This document shows, in pieces, positions 1 through 9,560 of a stretch of DNA of 64,000 bases. The notes beneath the pieces were generated by a model. It had not been told where the DNA came from. It was given only the letters and a program-made list of their open reading frames with translations, and did not search any database. Source of the DNA: Candidatus Latescibacterota bacterium (lineage in GTDB: Bacteria; Latescibacterota; UBA2968; UBA8231); assembly GCA_965248265.1 (NCBI GenBank), contig CBDFJF010000001.1, positions 704,001 to 768,000 on the forward strand, written 5' to 3'. The stretch's first letter is position 1, and every line of letters starts with the position of its first letter. The position numbers and the translations under genes were made by a program.

Positions 1-87
1 ACCGCGCCATGTATTAGGGCTCCAACCACCGAAATCGGTGCGAAATTCCGTGAGGAATTGGCCGAAAGTGCGATCCTGGCTGTTCAT
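1..87 (-). CDS. Tyrosine recombinase/integrase, N-terminus only (runs off the window edge)
   Basis: MNSQDRTFGQFLTEFRTDFGGWSPNTWRG is nearly identical to the integrase-like N-terminus at 27345. Confidence 0.6.
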   Translation of the reverse strand, partial: MNSQDRTFGQFLTEFRTDFGGWSPNTWRG

Positions 88-518
88 CAGGACCTCTGGG
101 CCCATGCGGGGTCTACGAGAACCCGCAAGGCGCGCCGCTGTTCAGTTGGCTCCTTCATGCCCAGGAGGTGACGCAGGCGGGCCTCTGTCAGGCGCGACAC
201 CCGTTCGTCTTCGTCGGGGATCTGAAGGGCTTCGGCCCTTACTTCCTCGTCAATCTCAAGGAGTCGCAGATAGGCAGCGATCGTGGACCGAGGAGTGTCG
301 ATCAGGCGGGCTAACTCTACCTGGGAATCAGCCTGTCCCGAGTCCAGAAGATCCTGGTAGTGTAGGGCTTGTTTGAGGGCGTTCGAATGTCTCTCGAACT
401 TGAGGCGGCCAGGTTTTCGGTCTTTTCGGCCGATCTGTATGTAGGGTCTATTTTGCCTATGCCCTTGAAAAACATGAAACTTATCCCATACCAGCCCAAA
501 GTTCGATGAATCCAACAC
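87..518 (-). CDS. Small HTH DNA-binding protein next to the integrase
   Basis: HTH-like segment SQVELARLIDTPRSTIAAYLRLL; frameshifted paralog at 27342-27772. Confidence 0.65.
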   Translation of the reverse strand: MLDSSNFGLVWDKFHVFQGHRQNRPYIQIGRKDRKPGRLKFERHSNALKQALHYQDLLDSGQADSQVELARLIDTPRSTIAAYLRLLEIDEEVRAEALQIPDEDERVSRLTEARLRHLLGMKEPTEQRRALRVLVDPAWAQRS

Positions 519-818
519 TTGGGCTACCAGTTAACGTGTCTCGCTGAACCTTTGACACGGCCATAGGGTCGTCAAAGAGGGCGAGGCGTATTGGGGTGGG
601 ATTCCAGACGAGGTGGTTGATCCGGAGCCTGAGTAGCTCCTGACGCTCCTCTGGGATGGCTGCCTGATATATCTCCCGGAAGGTCGTGAGCGAGGATCCC
701 AGCGATTCGGCGCTCACGACCTTTTTCTTTGTCTGGTCGATCTGGAGATCCAGTTCCAGGATCTCATCATCCAGCTGCTCACGCTGTTCCTCCAGCTCGA
801 CAATTTTCTGCCCGATGG
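481..818 (-). pseudogene. C-terminal fragment resembling a large serine recombinase (coiled coil plus tail)
   Basis: IGQKIVELEEQREQLDDEILELDLQIDQTKKK...EERQELLRLRINHLVW; 5' part missing, broken at TTAA ~819. Confidence 0.5.
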
Positions 819-823
819 ATTAA

Positions 824-1168
824 GACGAGGGTCTCGAAGCATTGCCATCGCCACCTGGATACGACGACGTCCGGCCAATAGCGATCAACAACAACGGCGA
901 CATCCTGTTCATGGCACGGAAAATACCGGAAGGAGAGCCGACGACCATATCGGTCAAATTCACCGGCTTCTTCCTGCTTGGCGACGAATTGTCCGAACTG
1001 CCGCAGTTGGAGGGCGCAGACCTCACACACTATTCGAGCATCAACGACAAGGGATACCTCGTCGGCAGGGCTATGTACCATGTGTTCGATGCTGATGGAG
1101 AGGTTGTCAGCAGATCCGCAAAGGCTTTCGTGGCGGTACCCACAGACACGGGTCCAAGCGGAGAGTGA
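824..1168 (+). pseudogene. C-terminal fragment of a HAF-like extracellular repeat protein
   Basis: AINNNGDI / SINDKGYLVG repeats; no convincing start. Confidence 0.5.
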
Positions 1169-1179
1169 ACGTGGGTCCG

Positions 1180-1208
1180 TGCCCATCGTTTGCCCACTCC
1201 GAAGGTCG
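1180..1208 (+). repeat. 29-bp 11-7-11 site #1
   Basis: tgc ccatcgtt-TGCCCAC-tccgaagg tcg. Confidence 0.7.
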
Positions 1209-1289
1209 CTTTCAATCCACTTGCCACTGTCCCGTTCACTTCTCAGATTCGCTGTCACACCGGCCCAACACTTTGGTAAGGAGGGCAAA

Positions 1290-1949
1290 ATGAGACGAGT
1301 TGCCTGTCTTGCATTTACCATGTGTGCGTTCTCTTGCCATGGCGAGAAACCCGAGACCGTACTCACAGTTGTTGAACACCACGAGCCGGATCGAGTTGTG
1401 GATACAGAACTGGGAACCTTGACGCTTGCGGATCAATCTTGGGGTTTCCAGAAGCATATCGAGGACGATGGGCAGCCTTTGGAGGTGTTCTACCGAGCCG
1501 AGGTGTCTATCGAACTTGACGAGAAGGCGGAGGGATTTGAGGTGGTCGTTCCCTATGAGATTTCTGTCCAAACCTCCTCGAGGGCACAGCAGAATTCGGA
1601 AACCAAGTCCCAGGGGGCGAGCCTTGAACCCGATGCTCCGCCTCGTGGTCTTGCATTAACGAACGCTACCTCGTTTCGGGATTCTCTCTCGCGAAACCCT
1701 CTGTGGCGCGGAATACCTCGTTTCAGCCCAAGGACGGGGCCGGGAGGCATGTCCGGAGGCATGGGCTTCGGGTCCCGAAGGGTGATCCTTAAGCTCGACG
1801 CGCCATGGGCTGAGGCGAGAACGACGATAGAGTTTGCAGGGTCGGTCAGTGATCCTGCGTTAGCTACGTTGCTTGATTCCCTCTCGATCGATTTTCACGA
1901 GCCCCTCTTGTTCCCTGCAGGAACCACGAACTGGGCTCGCAGCCAATAG
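1290..1949 (+). CDS. Hypothetical lipoprotein
   Basis: AGGAGG RBS; signal peptide ending in AFSC. Confidence 0.7.
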   Translation: MRRVACLAFTMCAFSCHGEKPETVLTVVEHHEPDRVVDTELGTLTLADQSWGFQKHIEDDGQPLEVFYRAEVSIELDEKAEGFEVVVPYEISVQTSSRAQQNSETKSQGASLEPDAPPRGLALTNATSFRDSLSRNPLWRGIPRFSPRTGPGGMSGGMGFGSRRVILKLDAPWAEARTTIEFAGSVSDPALATLLDSLSIDFHEPLLFPAGTTNWARSQ

Positions 1950-1995
1950 CATGCTCCCCCACGCCGCCTTTCACATCCGGCTAGGGGAGACACCC

Positions 1996-2024
1996 CGCCC
2001 GTCGTTCAGGTAATGCGATGACCG
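1996..2024 (+). repeat. 29-bp site #2
   Basis: cgc ccgtcgtt-CAGGTAA-tgcgatga ccg. Confidence 0.8.
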
Positions 2025-2034
2025 GGAATGGGCC

Positions 2035-2553
2035 ATGAACAGGTCGCAGCTGGCTGCACAGATCAGCGCCCGGTCCCGCCTGAACGGCGACTTCCTCCTT
2101 CGTTCCGGCGCTCGAGCCACCGAGTACTTCGACAAATACCTCTTCGAGTCGGAACCAACAATACTGCGGTGCATAGCCCAGCATATGACCAAGCTGGTGC
2201 CACCAGAGACAGACGTCCTCGCTGGCTTGGAGTTGGGAGGTGTGCCGATTGCGACAATGCTGAGCCAGGAAACCGGCCTGCCAGCCTACTTCGTGCGCAA
2301 GAGGGAGAAGCAGTATGGCACATGCCGTCTGGCTGAAGGTGGCGAAATCAAGGATCGTTCCGTGCTCGTGGTGGAGGACGTTGTGACCTCTGGCGGACAG
2401 ATCGTGTTGTCCGTCCATGACATGCGCGGTTTAGGGGCCATCGTTGATACCGCGATCTGCGTCATAGACAGGGAGAGCGGCGGAGTTGACACCCTCGCTG
2501 CTGAGGGAGTAAGTCTCACTTCCCTCTTCTCCATGAGCGAGTTACCTGCCTGA
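2035..2553 (+). CDS. pyrE: Orotate phosphoribosyltransferase (short type)
   Basis: GDFLLRSG..YFDKY, VRK..KQYG, PRPP motif VVEDVVTSGG. Confidence 0.85.
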   Translation: MNRSQLAAQISARSRLNGDFLLRSGARATEYFDKYLFESEPTILRCIAQHMTKLVPPETDVLAGLELGGVPIATMLSQETGLPAYFVRKREKQYGTCRLAEGGEIKDRSVLVVEDVVTSGGQIVLSVHDMRGLGAIVDTAICVIDRESGGVDTLAAEGVSLTSLFSMSELPA

Positions 2554-2587
2554 GACTAACAAATTCACAACTAGCTGAGGAATCCCG

Positions 2588-3079
2588 ATGGCTAGAAATC
2601 GTGTACCATTCGACGTTACTCGACTGACCAAGAAGGTTACGAACTGTTTCATTTGCGATTTTCTAGCGGGAAGTCCCCGTTACCCACATCACATCGTCGC
2701 TGAAACCGACTATGCCGTCGCCTTCCTGAATAGGTTTCCGACGCTCTTTGGGTATGTGTTAGTGGCACCCAAGGACCACCGCGAGCAGGTCACCGGTGAT
2801 TTCACAGAGGAGGAGTACGTCGAGCTGCAACGTTTCATCTTCCAGGTCGCCGAAGCCATGAGGCGATTGCTTCACCCAGAGCGTATCTATTTATTGAGTC
2901 TGGGCAGCCAGCAAAGAAACTCGCACGTTCATTGGCACATTGCGCCACTGCCAGAGGGCGTTCCTCTCGAAGAGCAACAATACCATGCGCTAATGCACGA
3001 AAATGGTATCGTGGAGACTACTCCGGAAGAAATGGCCCAATTAGCGGAAGACCTTCGGGATGCCCTCGAGAAAGCGTGA
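2588..3079 (+). CDS. HIT family protein
   Basis: CFIC, HVHWH. Confidence 0.85.
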   Translation: MARNRVPFDVTRLTKKVTNCFICDFLAGSPRYPHHIVAETDYAVAFLNRFPTLFGYVLVAPKDHREQVTGDFTEEEYVELQRFIFQVAEAMRRLLHPERIYLLSLGSQQRNSHVHWHIAPLPEGVPLEEQQYHALMHENGIVETTPEEMAQLAEDLRDALEKA

Positions 3080-3148
3080 ACGGGAGGTCAGATTTTGCGG
3101 GTCGTCTCTCATGTCCCTGAATAGAGACAGTGAATGGAGACAGATTGA

Positions 3149-4123
3149 ATGATCAACGCAGTTCTGGTCAATCACAACACATCCGCCTTTGCTGAGCTTA
3201 CAGCACGGTCGTTCTACGCCATGCACGGAAAACGGGAGGATGTCCGATTCACGATCATGGACAACAGTTCGCAGGACGGGACAGCTGAGCTGGAGGCGTA
3301 TGCCAAACCCGCTGGCATCGAGTTCAGGCAGAGTGGCTTTGTTGCCTCGGAACAGCAGGAAAATTCACACGGAGAGGTACTCCGACAGTTCGTCATGGAG
3401 AACCCGGAGTGCGACTACTATCTCCTGCTCGATGCGGATCTGTGTTTTATCATGCCGGACACCGTAGACACACTCGTCAACGAAATCACTGATTGCGATG
3501 ATGTCTGGGCGATTCATGCAAGATCCCGGCGAAGCACGACACATCTCTTCAAACCTCGACAACCTCGAAGGCAGGATTTGAGCGAGTACCGAAGCCAGAA
3601 GATGGTGGACCGAAGGACGATATATCTCCATTTGCTCCAGCCCAAGCTGGAGACTGAGCCATCGGGAAGACGGGTCGTACCACCCAAAATCAATTACGAC
3701 GAGCTCGACGACCAGCCGGTGAAAACCGTGGTAGGTAGCGTCAAGCCACGCTGCGAGCCATGTTGCACACTGGTACGCAACACAGCCGTGTTTCGGCGAG
3801 TCGCCGACCGCATCGGCTTCAGTCGTGCCTGGATACTCGAAAACGCCATCGAAGGTGCGGGTTGCTACGATACGATGGACTTGATGACGGCGGTGATGAC
3901 AACTCATGAGCAGGTGTACCTGGAGTCGTCCATCGGAGTGCTGCATTTCTGGCAGGTCTCCTACCACCTCGACACTCCCCAAATGAACACGAAGCGTGAC
4001 CAATGCCGACAGCTGCTGGAGCAATACCGTCGCAATGAGATCCCTGATTTCGATGGAGATGACTGGATGACACCTGAGTACGTGGAGTGGGTGGAACGCC
4101 GTGAGGGGCCTAAGCGCTGGTGA
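3149..4123 (+). CDS. GT2-like glycosyltransferase
   Basis: VLVNHNT, MDNSSQDGT, LLLDAD. Confidence 0.65.
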   Translation: MINAVLVNHNTSAFAELTARSFYAMHGKREDVRFTIMDNSSQDGTAELEAYAKPAGIEFRQSGFVASEQQENSHGEVLRQFVMENPECDYYLLLDADLCFIMPDTVDTLVNEITDCDDVWAIHARSRRSTTHLFKPRQPRRQDLSEYRSQKMVDRRTIYLHLLQPKLETEPSGRRVVPPKINYDELDDQPVKTVVGSVKPRCEPCCTLVRNTAVFRRVADRIGFSRAWILENAIEGAGCYDTMDLMTAVMTTHEQVYLESSIGVLHFWQVSYHLDTPQMNTKRDQCRQLLEQYRRNEIPDFDGDDWMTPEYVEWVERREGPKRW

Positions 4124-4145
4124 AGAGCTTTTCAGAGGCCATAAC

Positions 4146-4174
4146 GGTCCCACGGATTCACAAACTGATGGGCG
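4146..4174 (+). repeat. 29-bp site #3
   Basis: ggt cccacgga-TTCACAA-actgatgg gcg. Confidence 0.75.
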
Positions 4175-4181
4175 TCGGTTC

Positions 4182-4595
4182 ATGAAAACCATATACCGGT
4201 GTGATAAGGATGTCCCCCACGACGATCTCATTCAGTTCTACCGCGAGAGCGATTACAACCAGTGGTGGTCAGAGCGGAACGTCCGAGCATGCCTCGCCTA
4301 CTCGTATCTGTTTCTCACAGCTTGGGCAGACGATCGCCTGGTAGGCACTCTCGTTGTCAACTCAGATGAGGTGAACTTCGCCTTCAATGATGAGATCGTG
4401 GTCCATCCTGAATGCAGAGGTCGCGGAATCGGGTCGGCGCTTCTTCAACAAGCGCTTGAACAGATCAAAAAGCTCCATGTGGACTTCGTCCAATTGATTC
4501 CGATTCCTGGCAGAGAGGCGTTCTTTGCCCGCTCGGGCTTCAAAGTGATTCCAGATCACAAAGTCATGGAGCTCCCGGGACCGAAGCTGACCTAA
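4182..4595 (+). CDS. GNAT acetyltransferase
   Basis: VVHPECRGRGIGSALL. Confidence 0.85.
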   Translation: MKTIYRCDKDVPHDDLIQFYRESDYNQWWSERNVRACLAYSYLFLTAWADDRLVGTLVVNSDEVNFAFNDEIVVHPECRGRGIGSALLQQALEQIKKLHVDFVQLIPIPGREAFFARSGFKVIPDHKVMELPGPKLT

Positions 4596-4641
4596 TGTCG
4601 CGCTGCGGGTAGACAAGACGCACGCGCTTGAGTCATCACAC

Positions 4642-5235
4642 ATGAGCAAACCCAGACCATACGTCGTAGGCATCAGCTCGGTGTCGGGGGGCGGCAAGAC
4701 TACTATCGCGAAGGAGCTGTGCCGCGACCTACCTAACTCAGTCGGCCTGTTCTTTGATGACTTTGACGATACGACCGTGCATCCAGACGATTTCTATCAA
4801 TGGGTCGTTGACGGTGGCGATTACAACGCCTGGCAGACTCCCGGAATTGTTAAACAACTCGAGGTATTCAAGAGCGACCGAGAGCATGATTATGTCGTTT
4901 TCGATGCCCCTCTTGGGCGAGCGCACGAAGCAACTGGTCGATTCATCGACCTGATGGTGTACATCGACACTCCTTTAGACGTCGCCATGGCTCGTCGGCT
5001 GCTCCGCGATTATCAACCCGAGGGTGCCGACAGCCCAGAGCGACTCATAAGTGGCCTGAGAGATGACCTGTCTCATTATCTCGAAAAAGCGAGGTTGCCC
5101 TATCTGGAGATGGCGACGGGGGTCAAACCGAGGTGCGACATAGTCCTGGACGGCACCTTGGATCCGAAGGCATTGGTCGCCAAGATCGTCGACGCACTTC
5201 CCAGCGACCGCAGAACAACCGATGAGTCCGAATAA
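4642..5235 (+). CDS. Uridine kinase-like P-loop protein
   Basis: SVSGGGKT, YIDTPLDVAMARR. Confidence 0.75.
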   Translation: MSKPRPYVVGISSVSGGGKTTIAKELCRDLPNSVGLFFDDFDDTTVHPDDFYQWVVDGGDYNAWQTPGIVKQLEVFKSDREHDYVVFDAPLGRAHEATGRFIDLMVYIDTPLDVAMARRLLRDYQPEGADSPERLISGLRDDLSHYLEKARLPYLEMATGVKPRCDIVLDGTLDPKALVAKIVDALPSDRRTTDESE

Positions 5236-5277
5236 CGTCTGCACCCGGGTTCCCAATCCAATGACGGTGCCGCCACT

Positions 5278-6264
5278 TTGAGCCCCATTCCGGACAGCAA
5301 GAGGATTACCGCCAGCTCTATGGAAGCCTTCGACGCAACCGTGGTCGCTCAGGAGTTTGGTCTCGGCCAGCCACAAACTTGCAACGAGATCGGCGAGGAT
5401 GGTCGTGGAATCATGTCCATGACAACGACGGCTGAGGCCTACGTAATAAAGCCGACGCAGAATCCAGACTGGCTCACGTTGTACTCTGCCGTTGAGCAGA
5501 CGTTGAATACCGCCGGCGTCAGGCAGGCTCGTCTGTATTGCCGTCCTAGCGGTGACTTACTCTCGGACTCTGGACACGCCGTGTATGAACTGCTTCCCGG
5601 AGAGCCCACCGACCAGCTCAATCCCACGCAACTCCGCTCGACTATGCACTACCTGACCAAGTACAATGAGGCCCTTGCCTCGATCGCGGTCCCCCGATGG
5701 CTGCTTGCACTGGACGACCCCTGGCAGAGGGCGGCATCTCCGGAGTTCCTCGTTGAGGAGCTTCCCGCGAAGTTGGACGCCTTGGATCTCCCTCCTCAAG
5801 CTCAACGTTCCGCCAGTGACTGCTTGGATTTCCTGGCAACCCATCGTACCTCTATCGAACGCCCAAAAAAGCAGTTAATCCATGGAGACATCGGCCCCGA
5901 CAACATTCTCTTCGACGGCGACGAGATCGTTGCGGTCATCGACTTCACTCCCCAGCTGGGCTCTGAGCTGTACTCGCTGTGCCAGTTCTTCTATTGGCAT
6001 TCTGTGTTCCCCTGGGATTCTGACATCAATCTGGATCAGATTAGCGACTCGCTGGGAATCTATGAGCAAGAGAGCTCGTCCATTAGCGTGGATGAGGAGA
6101 CGCTGAAAGCGACGATGGTGCTGGCAGCAGCGTTCCGCCTTTTCGGTCCGACGATGGCTATGGAGGAAAAGCTCGTAGCATACCCTGAGGCTGCAATTGT
6201 GAAGAGAGCTGACCTGCTTGCTCAAGTTCTCTCTGCGTCTTTTGCTCCCGCAATCCCCAGCTGA
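5278..6264 (+). CDS. APH/choline kinase-like phosphotransferase
   Basis: HGDIGPDNILF...IDF. Confidence 0.8.
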   Translation: MSPIPDSKRITASSMEAFDATVVAQEFGLGQPQTCNEIGEDGRGIMSMTTTAEAYVIKPTQNPDWLTLYSAVEQTLNTAGVRQARLYCRPSGDLLSDSGHAVYELLPGEPTDQLNPTQLRSTMHYLTKYNEALASIAVPRWLLALDDPWQRAASPEFLVEELPAKLDALDLPPQAQRSASDCLDFLATHRTSIERPKKQLIHGDIGPDNILFDGDEIVAVIDFTPQLGSELYSLCQFFYWHSVFPWDSDINLDQISDSLGIYEQESSSISVDEETLKATMVLAAAFRLFGPTMAMEEKLVAYPEAAIVKRADLLAQVLSASFAPAIPS

Positions 6265-6287
6265 TACTCCATGCCGACAATTCGCGA

Positions 6288-6316
6288 TGTCCGTCAGACA
6301 CAGAGTCCGATGACCG
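6288..6316 (+). repeat. 29-bp site #4
   Basis: tgt ccgtcaga-CACAGAG-tccgatga ccg. Confidence 0.85.
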
Positions 6317-6485
6317 CCCTATCCGCCGGCTCGCCCGTTCCGCCAAACGATACCCGTGGAAAGCCGGGGCTTTGTTTCGTCTCCGAGCCTGATTACTTTG
6401 AAATAGAACCGCGACTTGCTACCGATATTATATATGTAGCCCCTTTCCGAACACGCATTCTCCCGCCGTATGAGGAACGACTCTC

Positions 6486-7529
6486 ATGGCTCAGTATGAA
6501 GACCGCAACGAAGACGGCCAGGACGAGGACGAAGAGGCCGGAATCCCAGCCATGCAGAAGATCGCCATTCTCTTCGTCGCTCTCGGGCAGGAGACCGCCG
6601 GTGAGGTGATGAAGTTCCTCACGGACTACGAGATCGAGGAGATCACTCAGTCCGTCGCCAATCTGAAGAACGTCAGCGTAGAGCAGCAGGACAGGGTGAT
6701 GGAGGAGTTCGAGCAGCACCTCCTCGCCGGAGAATGGGTGAGCACGGGGGGAATGGACTTCGCGCGCGGTGCGCTGGAACGTGCGGTGGGACCGCGCAAG
6801 GCACAGGAGATTCTGGATCGGGTCGCCAGCACCACCACCTCGGGTTTCTACATGCTCAAGAACGTCGCTCCTGAGCAGATAGCCCCCTTCATTTCCCACG
6901 AGCATCCGCAGACTATCGCCCTGATTCTCTCGCAGCTCGATCCGGCGCAGGGCGCCGGCATTCTTAGCAACCTGCCGGAGCGCATGCAGTCAGACGTGGC
7001 CTACCGCATCGCCACCATGGAGAACATCACACCGGCCATCCTCAAGGAGATCGAGGAGGCACTTGAAGCCTCGCTGCGCGACATCCTGGGCGGCAACCAG
7101 GATGTGGGTGGTCCCGGAGTGGTCGCCGACATGCTCAACCTGACCGGTTCGTCGGTGGAGAAGAACGTGCTGGACCAGATGGACGCCCAGGATCCCGAGG
7201 TGGCCGAGGCCGTGCGCAACCTCATGTTCACCTTCGCCGACATCTCCAAACTGACGGACCGTGAGTTGCAGGTACTGCTGCGGGAGGTGGATCAGAAGGA
7301 TCTCGTCGTCGCGCTCAAGGCGGCCGAGGAAGAGCTGAAGGACAAGATCCTCGGCAACATGTCCGAGCGTGTGCGCACGTTCATTACGGAGGAAATGGAA
7401 TTTCTCGGTCCGATGCGCCTCAGCGAGGTAGAGGAAGTTCAACTGCGCATCGTCCAACAGGTGCGGCAGCTCGAGGAGCAGGGCCAGGTGACGATCGTAC
7501 GCGGCGACGCTGACGACTCCTTCGTGTAG
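6486..7529 (+). CDS. fliG: Flagellar motor switch protein FliG (orphan)
   Basis: EHPQTIALILS, GGPG, MFTFAD, NMSER, VEEVQ..IV. Confidence 0.92.
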   Translation: MAQYEDRNEDGQDEDEEAGIPAMQKIAILFVALGQETAGEVMKFLTDYEIEEITQSVANLKNVSVEQQDRVMEEFEQHLLAGEWVSTGGMDFARGALERAVGPRKAQEILDRVASTTTSGFYMLKNVAPEQIAPFISHEHPQTIALILSQLDPAQGAGILSNLPERMQSDVAYRIATMENITPAILKEIEEALEASLRDILGGNQDVGGPGVVADMLNLTGSSVEKNVLDQMDAQDPEVAEAVRNLMFTFADISKLTDRELQVLLREVDQKDLVVALKAAEEELKDKILGNMSERVRTFITEEMEFLGPMRLSEVEEVQLRIVQQVRQLEEQGQVTIVRGDADDSFV

Positions 7530-7714
7530 CAGACCTGGCGCGGCACAGTCGATCAAATCAGACTCGAAAGATCGGATAGGAATAGGCAGCCAGCGCGTAC
7601 GACCTGGATCGGGTGCACCTCACGTTGAGCTTCTCTCCATAACTTCCTGCACGCATATAGCCGAGATCCAGATCTCGTGAGGAGATCCTCAACTTCTGAC
7701 TGGCGATCTTGGCA

Positions 7715-7743
7715 TGCCCATCGGAGACAGAATGCGATGGGCG
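7715..7743 (+). repeat. 29-bp site #5
   Basis: tgc ccatcgga-GACAGAA-tgcgatgg gcg; lies between convergent genes. Confidence 0.85.
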
Positions 7744-7897
7744 GGAGTGTAGGCCAGCTCTCCTGCAAGCCGCCCAGACCATGGCCAAGAGGACCTCTGA
7801 CTGTCGCCGCAGTCCGGAGGCCCTTTCCGGCACCAGCACGGGGACGATGGCTGGTTTTTGGTAGGAGAGCCCACCTCTGCGAGGGTGGGCGCCAATG

Positions 7898-9481
7898 TCA
7901 TTTTTCCATCAATCGGTAACGATCTACCTCACTACCCTGGGCATGCCAGATTTCGTTCGCTGTTCCGGGGGCAAAATCAAATCCTTCCAAATGCATCACT
8001 GGTTCGGCGATGTGCCAAACGCGCCTGGGATGTCGCCGTTGGTCGGTAAGTTTGTCAGGGATATCAAACTCGAAGAGACCATCCATGCTGCCAAACGTGT
8101 GAATCGAGTAGAGCTTTCGCCCAACGATCCGGATTCCCTGAGAGAAGTGCATTGCCTCTGGATATCGGAACACGCCATCGCGTTCGATCTTGTCGCCATC
8201 GATCCGATAACGATGGATGCCCAGATCGCTAAGGTCGCCGACCCAAACGTTGTCGCCATCGAAGCAAACAGGATCGATCCATGTGACGTCTTGCGTGATG
8301 TCCCAGGTGTTGACGACAATCAGATCGCTGGCGCGAATCTTGGCGATGATCGAGCGGTTCAGCTTCGGATCGTGCTTGCCGTTCTCTGGGCCCTGCAAAA
8401 GCCCTGCCCACAGGAAGCCGTCGTGATAGTCGATCGCGCCGATGTGGTTCACACCTTCGATGTGAATCTCCTTTTCTTCGAGCAAGTTCCATTTGTTGTC
8501 GTAGCGGAAAATCGAGCGCGCGGTGCTGGTGAAATAGTGCTTGTCGGTAAGAGCCATCCCTTGCTGAGCGGCGCCGTTGGCAAGTATGTGTTGCTCGAGC
8601 AAGACGGATTGCGGCCTTTCGAGGCCTAGCTGCTTCAATCGTGAGCGATAGGTCGGCTTCAATCGCGGAATGCTTTGTTTATCTGCAACCTTCAACATCG
8701 CGGCGACTCGATCGACCAGAGGGAACTCGACTCCCGCCTCGAACAGCGTGTTCACTTTGCCGGCTTCGTTCGCGCAACAGTAGTTGATGCGGATTCGATG
8801 CTGTTTGAGAACCGTCGAATGAGCCGGGTCGACCGACTTGGCACCGAGTAGTTGAATGAATTCCGCTTTCATGTCGATTGTTTCGTTGACATACTGCAGC
8901 GTGTTCGCCTGCCGTTCCAAATTGCAGATCATGACCCGGGGCTCAACACGCTTGGCGGCGCGAGCGGCAACGGTTCCGCACGCCAGAAACGCTTGATGCA
9001 ATCGATCATTGGCCATAATGCTCTTGGCGACTTCTGCAGCCAACTTCGCCTCGCCCTTGAGATGCACGTTGAGCCACACGTTGTCCGGCATGACCGCGAG
9101 CGCTTCATCGAACGTGGGAATGCGCTCACCCTGGAACTGGTCATCCTTCCACCCACCGGCATCCAGCTTCTTCAGCTCTTCCAAAGTCAATTGCGAGACC
9201 GCCCCTTCCCCGTTTGTCGTGCGGTCGACGGTCGCGTCGTGCATCAGCACCAGCTTGCCGTCTTTGCTCATCGCGACATTAAGCTCGATCATCTGTGCGC
9301 CCAGGCGAATTGCCTCATGGAACGCGGCAAGCGTGTTTTCCGGGTGAGTGTCGCTCGCGCCGCGATGGGCGCAGATACCGCGCGTTGGCATCTCGATCTC
9401 ACCTGATGCGCTTCGCCCCTGCATTATCGCCGCGGTGATTATTGCGAGAAGAATCGCAGGTGTTTGATGTGACTGTTTCAT
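7898..9481 (-). CDS. Secreted glycerophosphodiester phosphodiesterase fused to a beta-propeller
   Basis: AHRGAS..PENT, SKDGKLVLMHD; beta-rich C-terminal half. Confidence 0.8.
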   Translation of the reverse strand: MKQSHQTPAILLAIITAAIMQGRSASGEIEMPTRGICAHRGASDTHPENTLAAFHEAIRLGAQMIELNVAMSKDGKLVLMHDATVDRTTNGEGAVSQLTLEELKKLDAGGWKDDQFQGERIPTFDEALAVMPDNVWLNVHLKGEAKLAAEVAKSIMANDRLHQAFLACGTVAARAAKRVEPRVMICNLERQANTLQYVNETIDMKAEFIQLLGAKSVDPAHSTVLKQHRIRINYCCANEAGKVNTLFEAGVEFPLVDRVAAMLKVADKQSIPRLKPTYRSRLKQLGLERPQSVLLEQHILANGAAQQGMALTDKHYFTSTARSIFRYDNKWNLLEEKEIHIEGVNHIGAIDYHDGFLWAGLLQGPENGKHDPKLNRSIIAKIRASDLIVVNTWDITQDVTWIDPVCFDGDNVWVGDLSDLGIHRYRIDGDKIERDGVFRYPEAMHFSQGIRIVGRKLYSIHTFGSMDGLFEFDIPDKLTDQRRHPRRVWHIAEPVMHLEGFDFAPGTANEIWHAQGSEVDRYRLMEK

Positions 9482-9560
9482 ATCGAATTGACAATCTAAA
9501 TCAGCTGGCCTTAGTTGCCCACCTCCACTGGCGACAACCGCCAAATCTAGGAGGCACCAC

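Larger units (their letters stand above)
1..529. repeat. Copy 1 of a ~500-bp integrase/HTH/att unit (copy 2 at 27268-27771)
   Basis: Alignable by eye; similarity ends abruptly after GGGCTACCA in both copies. Confidence 0.85.

Noticed and set aside
501-529. Intact tRNA gene
   Set aside because: Only a CCA-ending fragment; no cloverleaf upstream.
1163-1239. AGTGAAC...GTTCACT as an integron attC site
   Set aside because: No paired L boxes or long hairpin. The 29-bp site inside explains the region better, and no IntI is visible.
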